From: Gemmatimonadota bacterium
GTDB taxonomy: Bacteria; Gemmatimonadota; Gemmatimonadetes; Palauibacterales; Palauibacteraceae
Reading direction: 5' to 3'
DNA length: 24,111 bases
Assembly (NCBI GenBank): GCA_046758745.1
Contig: JBHIAV010000045.1
Coordinates: forward strand, 1 to 24,111
The translations under genes were made by a program, and so were the position numbers. Each line of letters opens with the position of its first letter. Position 1 is the first letter of the stretch. Below the pieces are notes generated by a model that saw only the letters and a list, made by a program, of their open reading frames with translations, had not been told where the DNA came from and ran no database searches. Positions 10,768 to 18,647 of the stretch are shown here, piece after piece.

Positions 10768-12141
10768 ATGAGCGACACTGTCCTGCTCGGAAACGGGGTG
10801 GTGGCCACCGGCGGACCCGATCCGCAGGTGATACCGGAGGGCGCGGTCGCGTGGCACGGGGAGCGGATCGTGGCCGTGGGCCGGGAGGATCAGCTGCTCG
10901 GGGAATGGCGCGACGCGCGGTACCTGGACGCGCGCGACGGCCTGATCCTTCCTGGCCTCGTCAACCTTCACCACCACTTCTACTCCGTGCTGGCGCGCGG
11001 CCTCGACCCCGCGGCGAGCATGAAAGACTTCACGCAGGTACTCGATCGCCTGTGGTGGAGGCTCGACCGCGCGCTCGACATCGAGGCGGTTCGCATCTCG
11101 GCCCTGCTCTCCGTGGCGGAGTGCGTGCGACAGGGCTGCACCACCGTGTTCGATCACCACGCGTCGCCCTCGTGCATCGACGGCAGCTTGGACGCGATCG
11201 CGGAGGCGGTCCAGGCGGGTGGCATCTCCGCCGCCCTGTGCTACGAGGTCACCGACCGCAACGGTCGCGAAGGAGCTGTCGCCGGGATCGAGGAGAACCT
11301 CCGCTTCCTGGCCGAACGCGAGGACGACCGCCGCATCCGCGGTGTGTTCGGGCTCCACGCCAGCTTCACGCTGAGGGACCAGACCCTCGCCGCCGTCGCC
11401 GAACGGCGGCCACCCGACACCGGCTGTCACATCCACGTGGCGGAGGATCCGATCGATGTCGAGGCCTCCATGCAGGCGTTCGGCGCCGGCCCCGTGCAGC
11501 GACTCCAGCGGTTCGGCCTGCTGGACGAGCGCGCGCTTCTGGCCCACGCGATCCACCTGGAGAGAGAAGACTACGAAGCGGCCGCGCGGGCCGGCGCCGT
11601 CCTGATCCACAACCCCGAGTCAAACGCGAACAACGGGGTCGGACGGCTGGACGTCTGCGAGGCGGCGAGCCTCGGATGCCTCGTCGGCTTGGGTACCGAC
11701 GGCATGTCGTCGGCCGTTCTTCGTGCGCTACGCTTCGCCTTCCTCACGCACCGCGGCGCGAGGCGAGATCCCGCCTCGGGCTTCGAGTTCCTGCCCGAGC
11801 TGCTGGCCAACAACGCGCTCGCGGCGCGGCGCTTCTTCCCGGAACCGCTACTGGGGGAACTCGCGCCGGGCGCCCCGGCCGACGTCATCGTCGTCGACGC
11901 GGCGCCTCCCACTCCGGTTTCGCCGGACAACCTTTTCGGGCACCTCGCCTACGGCGTGAGCGAGGCCCCCGTTCGGCACACGGTGGCCTACGGGCGGCTT
12001 CTCCTCGAGGACTTCCGCCACACCACCCTCGACCCCCAGGAGTTGGCGGCCCGGGCCCGGAAGCTCGCGCCGGGGCTCTGGCAACGCTTTCGCTCCCTTG
12101 GCTGGGGCACCAGCTTCCTCGGGAGTGACGCGCGCGGCTAG
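10768..12141 (+). CDS. ssnA: SsnA-like aminohydrolase (amidohydrolase superfamily)
   Basis: GLVNLHHHFYS.LARG, LWWRLDRALD, GCTTVFDHHASP, CYEVTDRNG, FGLHASFTL, HIHVAED, HNPESNANNGVG, LGTDG; GAGAGAGG SD before ATG 10768. Confidence 0.88.
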   Translation: MSDTVLLGNGVVATGGPDPQVIPEGAVAWHGERIVAVGREDQLLGEWRDARYLDARDGLILPGLVNLHHHFYSVLARGLDPAASMKDFTQVLDRLWWRLDRALDIEAVRISALLSVAECVRQGCTTVFDHHASPSCIDGSLDAIAEAVQAGGISAALCYEVTDRNGREGAVAGIEENLRFLAEREDDRRIRGVFGLHASFTLRDQTLAAVAERRPPDTGCHIHVAEDPIDVEASMQAFGAGPVQRLQRFGLLDERALLAHAIHLEREDYEAAARAGAVLIHNPESNANNGVGRLDVCEAASLGCLVGLGTDGMSSAVLRALRFAFLTHRGARRDPASGFEFLPELLANNALAARRFFPEPLLGELAPGAPADVIVVDAAPPTPVSPDNLFGHLAYGVSEAPVRHTVAYGRLLLEDFRHTTLDPQELAARARKLAPGLWQRFRSLGWGTSFLGSDARG

Positions 12142-12210
12142 GTCGGCGGCTGCACGGCCGGCCGCCCCACAGCCACACCAGCGCGTTCAACACAAGGAAG
12201 GAGTGCAGGC

Positions 12211-13701
12211 TTGACCCACGTGGTCGATGAGGAAGTACGCCAGCGAGCCGCGGCGAGGTGCCGGGCACGAGGGATACTGATCCCGACCTTCGCGCAGATG
12301 CGGGATCCGTCCGGTCTGCACCCGACCATCATCGAGGCCCTCGCCCGGGTCGACATGCAGGCGGTGGACCCGCTCAACCTCTTCCGGATCACCTGGCGCA
12401 ACGATCCGGAGTCAGGTCGTTTCGGGGAGGTGAACGCGCTCGAGCTGCCCGCGCAGCTGACGGGCGTCCCGGCCCGCATCGTGGGCCTCGTCGGGAAGTA
12501 CTTTCCCACCGGTGCTCACAAGGTAGGGGCCGCGTTCGGTTGCCTGGTGCCCCGCCTCGTCACCGGTGAGTTCGACCCATCCGTGAACCGCTCGGTGTGG
12601 CCGTCGACGGGGAACTATTGTCGGGGAGGCGCATTCGACAGCGCGCTGCTGGGCTGCCAGGCGGTGGCGATCCTGCCCGAGGAGATGAGTCGGGAGCGCT
12701 TCCGTTGGCTGGAAGAAATCGGGGCGGAGATCATCGAAACCCCCGGCGGCGAGAGCAACGTCAAGGAGATCTTCGACGTCTGCCGGGAGATCCGCCGGAC
12801 CCGGCCCGAGGCAGTGATCTTCAACCAGTTCGACGAGTTCGGCAACTACCTCTGGCATTATGGCGTGACCGGTCCGGCCGTCGAATCGGTCTTTCGCCGA
12901 ATCGCCGGTCCGCGAGACCGCTGCGCCGCCTGGGTGGGAGCCACCGGATCCGCAGGTACCCTCGCGGCGGGCGATCACCTCAAGCGACAATTCCCCGGCT
13001 GCCGCATCGCCGCCGCCGAGGCCCTCCAGTGTCCCACGCTGCTGATGGCGGGATTCGGCGACCACCGCATCGAGGGCATCGGGGACAAGCACATTCCGTG
13101 GATCCACAACGTGCGCAACACGGATGTGGTGACGGCCATCGACGACGAGGCGACGTTGCGTCTCCTCCGCCTGTTCAACGAGCCGGCCGGGCGGCCGCTG
13201 CTGGTAGATCGTGGCGTCCCCGAGGAGGTCGTCGCCCGTCTCCCACTGCTCGGCATCTCGAGCATCTGCAACGTGCTCGCCGCGATCAAGACGGCCCGCT
13301 ACCTGGAGCTCGACGAGCACGACGTCGTCTTCACCTCGTTCACCGACTCGGTGGAGCTCTATCGGACCCGCCTCGAGGAGCTCCGGACGGAACGCGGCCC
13401 TTACTCCGCCAGGTCAGCCGAGGTCGACTTCGAGCGGTACCTCCAGGGCGTCACCACGGACAACCTCCGGGAACTTCGCTACACGGACCGAAAAGCGATC
13501 CACAACCTCAAGTATTTCACTTGGGTGGAGCAACAGGGGAAGGCCGTGGAGGAGCTGAACGCTCTGTGGAGCCCCACCTTCTGGGAAGATCTCGCCGGAG
13601 AGCTCCCCGCGTGGGACGAAGCCATCGAGGCGTTCAACCGCGAGAGCGGCGCTTGGGACGCGGTACGGCATCGGGCCGCACAGGGGGCGAACGAGCAATG
13701 A
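12211..13701 (+). CDS. Extended fold-type II PLP-dependent enzyme (cysteine synthase/CBS-like), function unknown
   Basis: AAGGAAGGAG SD before TTG 12211; PTGAHKVG (PLP Lys), PSTGNY, TGSAGT phosphate loop, HRIEGIG, GISS; long N- and C-terminal extensions (496 aa). Confidence 0.85.
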   Translation: MTHVVDEEVRQRAAARCRARGILIPTFAQMRDPSGLHPTIIEALARVDMQAVDPLNLFRITWRNDPESGRFGEVNALELPAQLTGVPARIVGLVGKYFPTGAHKVGAAFGCLVPRLVTGEFDPSVNRSVWPSTGNYCRGGAFDSALLGCQAVAILPEEMSRERFRWLEEIGAEIIETPGGESNVKEIFDVCREIRRTRPEAVIFNQFDEFGNYLWHYGVTGPAVESVFRRIAGPRDRCAAWVGATGSAGTLAAGDHLKRQFPGCRIAAAEALQCPTLLMAGFGDHRIEGIGDKHIPWIHNVRNTDVVTAIDDEATLRLLRLFNEPAGRPLLVDRGVPEEVVARLPLLGISSICNVLAAIKTARYLELDEHDVVFTSFTDSVELYRTRLEELRTERGPYSARSAEVDFERYLQGVTTDNLRELRYTDRKAIHNLKYFTWVEQQGKAVEELNALWSPTFWEDLAGELPAWDEAIEAFNRESGAWDAVRHRAAQGANEQ

Positions 13702-14915
13702 GCGATGGTGCGGGACGCGCGGCTCTGGAGGACGCGCGACGCCACGAGGACGAGATCGTGCGTTTCCTGCGCGAGATGATCGCCATTCCGGCGGAGAGCC
13801 GTCGCGAGCGAGAGCGCTGCGAGCGGGTGCGGCGGGAGTACGAGAGCCTCGGGTTCGACGAGGTCTTCTATGACCGGCTCGGCAACGTAGTGGCGCGCCT
13901 CGGGGATGGTCCGCTCACCATACTGATGGACGGTCACATCGACTGCGTCGGCGTCGGCGACCCCAAAGCCTGGGATCACGACCCCTATGAAGGGAAGCTC
14001 GAGGACGGGAAGGTGTGGGGCCGCGGTGCAGTGGACGAGCTGCCCGCGATCGCCTGCATGGCCTACGGCGCCAAGCTGGCGCGCGATCGCGGCCTGTGGG
14101 GCGAGGTCACGCTGTACGTCACCGCCTCCGTGATGGAGGAGGAGTGCGACGGCTATTGCCTTCTGCACCTGATTGAGAAGGAGGGGATCCGGCCCCACGT
14201 CGTGGTGATCGGGGAGCCTACGGACCTCGGAGTCTGCCGGGGCCACCGCGGTCGGGTGGAGGCCACGATCTCGACGACGGGAGTATCGTCGCACGCTGCG
14301 CACCCCGAGCGCGGTGACAACGCGCTGTACAAGCTGGCCCCGATCATCTCGGATATCGAGGCTCTGAACGAACGGCTGCCCTCAGACGACTTCCTGGGCA
14401 AGGGAACCGTCGTGGTCTCCTTCGTAGAGTGCACCTCGCCCTCCCTCAACGCCGTTCCCGACAGCGGCCGCATTTACATCGACCGCCGGCTGACGGCCGG
14501 CGAGACGGTCGAGAGCGCGCTGGCGGAGCTACGGTTGCTTCCCCACCTGGGCGATGCCGAGGTGGAGCTCCTCGCGTACGACGAGGTGAGCTGGCGGGGC
14601 GAGCGCGCCCGGCAGGAGAAATACTTTCCGACCTGGGTGCTGCCGGAGACGCACGCCCTGGTTCAGGGCGTCACAGCCGCTGCAGGCGCCGTGCTCGGCG
14701 CGCCGCCCGAGGTCTCCCGGTGGGCGTTCTCCACCAACGGGGTCGCGACCATGGGTCGTCACGGCATACCGACCGTGGGATTCGCGCCCGGCAAGGAAGA
14801 GCTCTCGCACACCACCGGTGAGTGGGTCGCCGTCGAGGATCTGGTGCGAGCCACGGCCGTGTACAGCCTGATCCCGGACTCCCTAGCCGGACGCAAGGGA
14901 GAGCTCATGGGATGA
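13698..14915 (+). CDS. ygeY: YgeY-family M20 metallo-hydrolase (ureido/carbamoyl hydrolase)
   Basis: ATGA overlap with the upstream stop; DGHID, GRGAVD, VMEEECDG, EPT, RGHRGR, H...PERGDNA, FLGKGT, NAVPD, DRRLTAGE, YFPTW, WAFSTNGV, GFAPGKEELSH. The ORF-track start at 12597 is an overextension. Confidence 0.9.
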   Translation: MSDGAGRAALEDARRHEDEIVRFLREMIAIPAESRRERERCERVRREYESLGFDEVFYDRLGNVVARLGDGPLTILMDGHIDCVGVGDPKAWDHDPYEGKLEDGKVWGRGAVDELPAIACMAYGAKLARDRGLWGEVTLYVTASVMEEECDGYCLLHLIEKEGIRPHVVVIGEPTDLGVCRGHRGRVEATISTTGVSSHAAHPERGDNALYKLAPIISDIEALNERLPSDDFLGKGTVVVSFVECTSPSLNAVPDSGRIYIDRRLTAGETVESALAELRLLPHLGDAEVELLAYDEVSWRGERARQEKYFPTWVLPETHALVQGVTAAAGAVLGAPPEVSRWAFSTNGVATMGRHGIPTVGFAPGKEELSHTTGEWVAVEDLVRATAVYSLIPDSLAGRKGELMG

Positions 14916-15886
14916 GCGTCGACCTGAGGGGACGGGATCTCATCACGACGCAGGACTGGACGATGGAGGAGCTGGAGACGTTGCTCCAGCTCGCGGACCG
15001 GCTCAAGAAGGCTAGAGCGGCCGGAGAGCGGACGCCGCTCCTGCCGGCCAAGACGTTGTACATGATCTTCTTCGATGCCTCGACCCGCACCCGGAACTCA
15101 TTCGAGACGGGGATCACGCAGCTCGGGGGGCACGGGATCTACCTGTCGCCGGACCATATGCAGATCAGCCATGGCGAGAGCGTCCGCGATACGGCCAAGG
15201 TTCTTTCCCGGTACGGCGAAGGCATCGCCATCCGGCACTGCACGTATGGAGAGGGAAACGCCTACCTGCGTGAAATGGCCGAGCATGCCAGCATACCGGT
15301 CCTCAACATGCAGTGCGACGTCTACCACCCGTGCCAGATCCTGGCCGATTACATGACCATCCGCGAGCGATTCGGCGACACGCGCGGGCTCAAGCTGGGC
15401 GTCGCCTGGACCAGCGCGCCCAAGTACGTGCGGCCGCTCTCCGTTCCGCAGAGCCTCATCCTCATGATGCCCCGTTTCGGCATGGACGTGACGCTCGCCT
15501 ACCCGCCGGAGTTCCGCCTCATGCCGGAGATCGAGGAGCAGGCGCAGGCGAACGCGGACCAGGCCGGAGCGCGCTTCGAAACAACGCAGCAGTTCGAGTA
15601 CGCGTTCGAGGACTCCGATGTAGTGATCCCCAAGTCGTGGGGCCCGCTGGTGACCACGCAGGACGTCGAGGAAGGGCTATCGCTCATCGAGCGGTATCCG
15701 GACTGGCGGTGCGACGAGGAACGCATGGCGCTCGGAAAGGAGCACCTCATCTACATGCACCCGCTTCCCGCCGATCGGGGGCGTGAGGTGACGGATGGGG
15801 TGATCGACGGGCCGCAGTCCGCGGTATTCGACGAAGCCGAGAATCGGCTCCACGTGCAGAAGGCCCTCATGGCCCTCACGATGTGA
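14912..15886 (+). CDS. Carbamoyltransferase (ATCase/OTCase superfamily), compact YgeW-like
   Basis: ATGA overlap at 14912-14915; STRTR, HPCQ, HPLP; YgeW-like segments QISHGE, GNAYLRE, NMQCDVYHP, W..AP.Y..PLSVPQ, RFGMDVTLA.P, PKSW; OTCase-like tail EVTDGVIDGPQSAVFDEAENRLH. Confidence 0.88.
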   Translation: MSVDLRGRDLITTQDWTMEELETLLQLADRLKKARAAGERTPLLPAKTLYMIFFDASTRTRNSFETGITQLGGHGIYLSPDHMQISHGESVRDTAKVLSRYGEGIAIRHCTYGEGNAYLREMAEHASIPVLNMQCDVYHPCQILADYMTIRERFGDTRGLKLGVAWTSAPKYVRPLSVPQSLILMMPRFGMDVTLAYPPEFRLMPEIEEQAQANADQAGARFETTQQFEYAFEDSDVVIPKSWGPLVTTQDVEEGLSLIERYPDWRCDEERMALGKEHLIYMHPLPADRGREVTDGVIDGPQSAVFDEAENRLHVQKALMALTM

Positions 15887-17121
15887 GCAGCTTCCGGCTT
15901 CGCTGTATCGAGTGCGGGAGGGAATACGCCGAGCAGGGGACGCGGCTGGTGTGCGACGACTGCTCCGCTCTACAGGAGCCCGGCGCACCGACGCGGGGCG
16001 TGCTGGAGGTGCGGCTGGACGACCTGCCCGCGGTCTGGCCCTCCGCGGCCCCCTCGAGCGCGGGGTTCCTGACGGCTTTTCTGCCGCTCGCGTCCCCCGG
16101 CTCGCTGCCCCCGCTGGCAGTCGGAGGAACCCCGTTGCTGGACGTTCCCGAGCTCCGGAAAGCGCTCGATCTCCCGCGTCTCACCCTGAAGGACGACACC
16201 CGAAACCCGAGTGGCTCCACCAAGGACCGGGCATCCCTTCTGGTGGTGGCGAAGGCCCGGGAGTACGGCTACGAGACGGTCGCGGCCGCTTCGACCGGCA
16301 ACGCAGCGGCCGCTCTGGCCGCCGTGGGCGCCGCCGCCGGGATCCGCACCGTCGTGTTCGTCCCCGCCTTTGCCCCCGAGGCGAAGCTCGTGCAGATCCT
16401 CAGCTACGGCGCCATGGTCCTTCCGGTGGAGGGAAGCTACGACGAGGCCTTCGAGCTCTGCCTGGCGGCCTGCGATGCGTTCGAATGGTACAACCGCAAC
16501 ACCGCCCTGAATCCGTTCACCATCGAAGGAAAGAAGACGGCCGCGCTCGAGATCGCCGCTGCCATGACTCCGGAATCTCCGGACGCCGTCATCGTGCCGA
16601 CGGGTGACGGGGTCATCCTGGCCGGAGTGGCCAAGGGGTTCGCGGACCTGGTGCTCGCCGGTCTGATCGAACGAGCTCCCCGCCTCATCGCCGTGCAGCC
16701 GGAAGGATCGGGTGCCATCGTCCGGGCGCTTCGCGATGGGGCCGATACGATCACGCCGGTGCCCGACGCAGTCAGCATTGCCGACAGCCTCACCGTTCAG
16801 GCTCCCCGCAACGCCATCCTGTGCCTCAGGCGAATCAGGGAGTCGGGGGGCGGGGGGGTGGCCGTGCCCGACGAAGCGATCCTGGAAGCCGCCCTCTACC
16901 TGGCGCGGCACACGGGAGTGTTCGCGGAGCCGGCCGGCGCGGCATCGCTCGCCGGTCTGCACGCGGCGCTCGCCGAGGGCCTGGTGGAGCGGAACGAGAG
17001 GATCGTCCTTCTCGTTACCGGCACCGGCCTGAAGGACGTTCCGGCGGCAGCGCGCGCCGTCCGCCGTCCGGAACCGATCCGCCCGGAGCTCGATGCCGTG
17101 GGGGAGCGGCTTGGTCTGTGA
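15883..17121 (+). CDS. Threonine synthase-like PLP enzyme (fold type II) with N-terminal Zn ribbon
   Basis: GTGA overlap; CIECG...CDDC; GGTPL, NPSGSTKDR (PLP Lys), ASTGN, NPFTIEGKKT, VPTGDG, SIADSL, EPAGA, TGTGLKD. Confidence 0.88.
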   Translation: MSSFRLRCIECGREYAEQGTRLVCDDCSALQEPGAPTRGVLEVRLDDLPAVWPSAAPSSAGFLTAFLPLASPGSLPPLAVGGTPLLDVPELRKALDLPRLTLKDDTRNPSGSTKDRASLLVVAKAREYGYETVAAASTGNAAAALAAVGAAAGIRTVVFVPAFAPEAKLVQILSYGAMVLPVEGSYDEAFELCLAACDAFEWYNRNTALNPFTIEGKKTAALEIAAAMTPESPDAVIVPTGDGVILAGVAKGFADLVLAGLIERAPRLIAVQPEGSGAIVRALRDGADTITPVPDAVSIADSLTVQAPRNAILCLRRIRESGGGGVAVPDEAILEAALYLARHTGVFAEPAGAASLAGLHAALAEGLVERNERIVLLVTGTGLKDVPAAARAVRRPEPIRPELDAVGERLGL

Positions 17122-17154
17122 CCACACCGCCCGAAAGAAGCGGCGTGAGGAAGT

Positions 17155-17264
17155 CGACAGCCGTGGGCGGAAGGCGGGGACGGAAGCCTTCCGAAGGTCG
17201 CGACAGGCGCGGGCGGAAGGTGGGGACGGAAGCCTGCTGAAGGCGACAGGCGTGGGCGGAAGCC
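17155..17264. repeat. Degenerate 43-46-bp tandem repeat, about 2.5 copies, in a convergent intergenic region
   Basis: cgacagccgtgggcggaaggcggggacggaagccttccgaaggtcg (17155), cgacaggcgcgggcggaaggtggggacggaagcctgctgaagg (17201), cgacaggcgtgggcggaagcc (17244). Confidence 0.8.
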
Positions 17265-17295
17265 ACGACGGACGCCTGCGGAAGCCGGCGCCGAT

Positions 17296-18132
17296 TCAGC
17301 CCACGGCCCGGCCTGCCGGCGCCCGCGGTGCGGGCGAGTGCTCTCGCCTGTACCAGCGGAAGAAGATGGCCGTGATGACGGACCAGTGGACGACCATCCC
17401 TCCGACCTTCATCACCACGCCGGCCGTCTGATGGTCCCCGCGCGCCGTGATCCCGGCGACCCGCGGCGCGAGCTCGTAGACCCCGTAGAGGGGGTAGTCA
17501 CCGAATACGAGGAAGAGAGAGATCGCCCCCATGATGATGGTGTTGCCGAACAGGTATCCCATCCTGGCCAGATCATGAAAGCGCGGCCGCTCGGGGACCG
17601 GGCACACGATCGGCCACCACAGGACCAGCCCTCCGGTGAACCACAGGGCGTCGATGGCGAAGGAGCCCGGCTGGGAGACCATCAGGTGATCCACCACCGA
17701 GGGGAGGTGCGTGAGCGCCAGAATGGCGTTGAAGGCCACAAGGGCCGCCACGGGCTGCGTCAGGAGGCGGACGAAGCGGATCCACCGCTTCCGGGCGGCC
17801 AGTCGCGCGAAGGCATTCGGCGGAAGCCCCGCGAGGAGGAGCGGCGGAACGACGAGCCCGACGAGCAGGAACTGAACCATGTGCAGGCTGACCAAGTAGC
17901 CGCCGCCCAGCGCCCCGAGAGGCCAGTCGAGCGCCACCCACAGAAGCAGTGCGCCGAGACGGAAGAGGCCGCGTCTGCGGCGGCCGGCGGCCCCGTCGGT
18001 CCCCCTGGCCTCTCTATCGAGCGTTTGATGGGCGAGGATGAGCAGCGCGACGACCGCCCACACGCCGGGGTAGGGCCGCCACACCCACTCCCACGCCCCC
18101 CCCTGAGCGGAGCACCACCAGCGAACGCTCAA
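17296..18132 (-). CDS. ctaG: Cytochrome c oxidase assembly factor CtaG (Caa3_CtaG family)
   Basis: TTG start with GGGAGAG SD; multi-TM protein with ALDWPLG.LG.GYLVSLHMVQFLL..LVVPPLLL.G, TH.P, WWP, PLY..Y, D.QTAGVVMK.GG. Confidence 0.88.
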   Translation of the reverse strand: MSVRWWCSAQGGAWEWVWRPYPGVWAVVALLILAHQTLDREARGTDGAAGRRRRGLFRLGALLLWVALDWPLGALGGGYLVSLHMVQFLLVGLVVPPLLLAGLPPNAFARLAARKRWIRFVRLLTQPVAALVAFNAILALTHLPSVVDHLMVSQPGSFAIDALWFTGGLVLWWPIVCPVPERPRFHDLARMGYLFGNTIIMGAISLFLVFGDYPLYGVYELAPRVAGITARGDHQTAGVVMKVGGMVVHWSVITAIFFRWYRREHSPAPRAPAGRAVG

Positions 18133-18187
18133 CAGCCGCTCTCCCGAGCGGAGCGCTGCCAGCGAACGCGCAACTCACCCGACCCCC

Positions 18188-18422
18188 TCACGGCGCGGAG
18201 AGGTTCGATCCCGCCAGGATCGGGAGATCGTGCGCCCAGTCCCTCTGGCGCGTGCCGAACGTGTAGGCGACCCGATGGCCGCCGTCGCGCGTGAACGCGA
18301 TGAGGCGCGCGCCGCTCCGAGCCGGAGCCGCACCCCGCCAGCGCGATGAGAGCGCACGCCGGCAGCGCCACAGAGGCGGCCGCACCCATCTGCCCTGTTC
18401 GGCGGCACACGACTCGCTGCAT
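18188..18422 (-). pseudogene. Probable SCO-family copper chaperone remnant with a large out-of-frame internal deletion
   Basis: A purine-rich SD and ATG 18422 give a lipoprotein signal (...ACALIALAGCGSGSE). From about 18313 a different frame reads GARLIAFTRDGGHRVAYTFGTRQRDWAHDLPIL..., which resembles a SCO C-terminus, with stop at 18188. It lies directly upstream of ctaG. No CxxxC or His ligands remain. Confidence 0.6.
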
Positions 18423-18647
18423 GACCCCCTCTTCCCCTCTCCCTAAGGAGATCGGCCCAAATCGGTCCTGAAGGATAGCGCCTATCCGAGGGCGGGAGCG
18501 AGTCTCGTCGGTCCGATTGCAGGGCCCCCCGGCGGCTTCTTGAGCCTTGTCTCCTCGCTGGCCGGTCGATAGGGTAGGGACGGAATGAGGCCGGCCCGCG
18601 GCTTTCCTGCGGCGCCGGCTTTTTCGGCGGTGGACAGGGAAGATTTC

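Noticed and set aside
12597-13697. N-terminal 367 aa of the 772-aa ORF, suggesting a YgeY fusion
   Set aside because: Arg/Pro/Gly-rich off-frame read-through of the PLP gene; the real start is ATG 13698, overlapping the upstream stop.
14912-15886. Calling the carbamoyltransferase argF
   Set aside because: It lacks the SMG ornithine-binding loop and HCLP, carries YgeW-type motifs, and sits in a catabolic context.
17155-17286. Possible CRISPR mini-array
   Set aside because: Units are adjacent and degenerate with no unique spacers, and there are no cas genes in the window.
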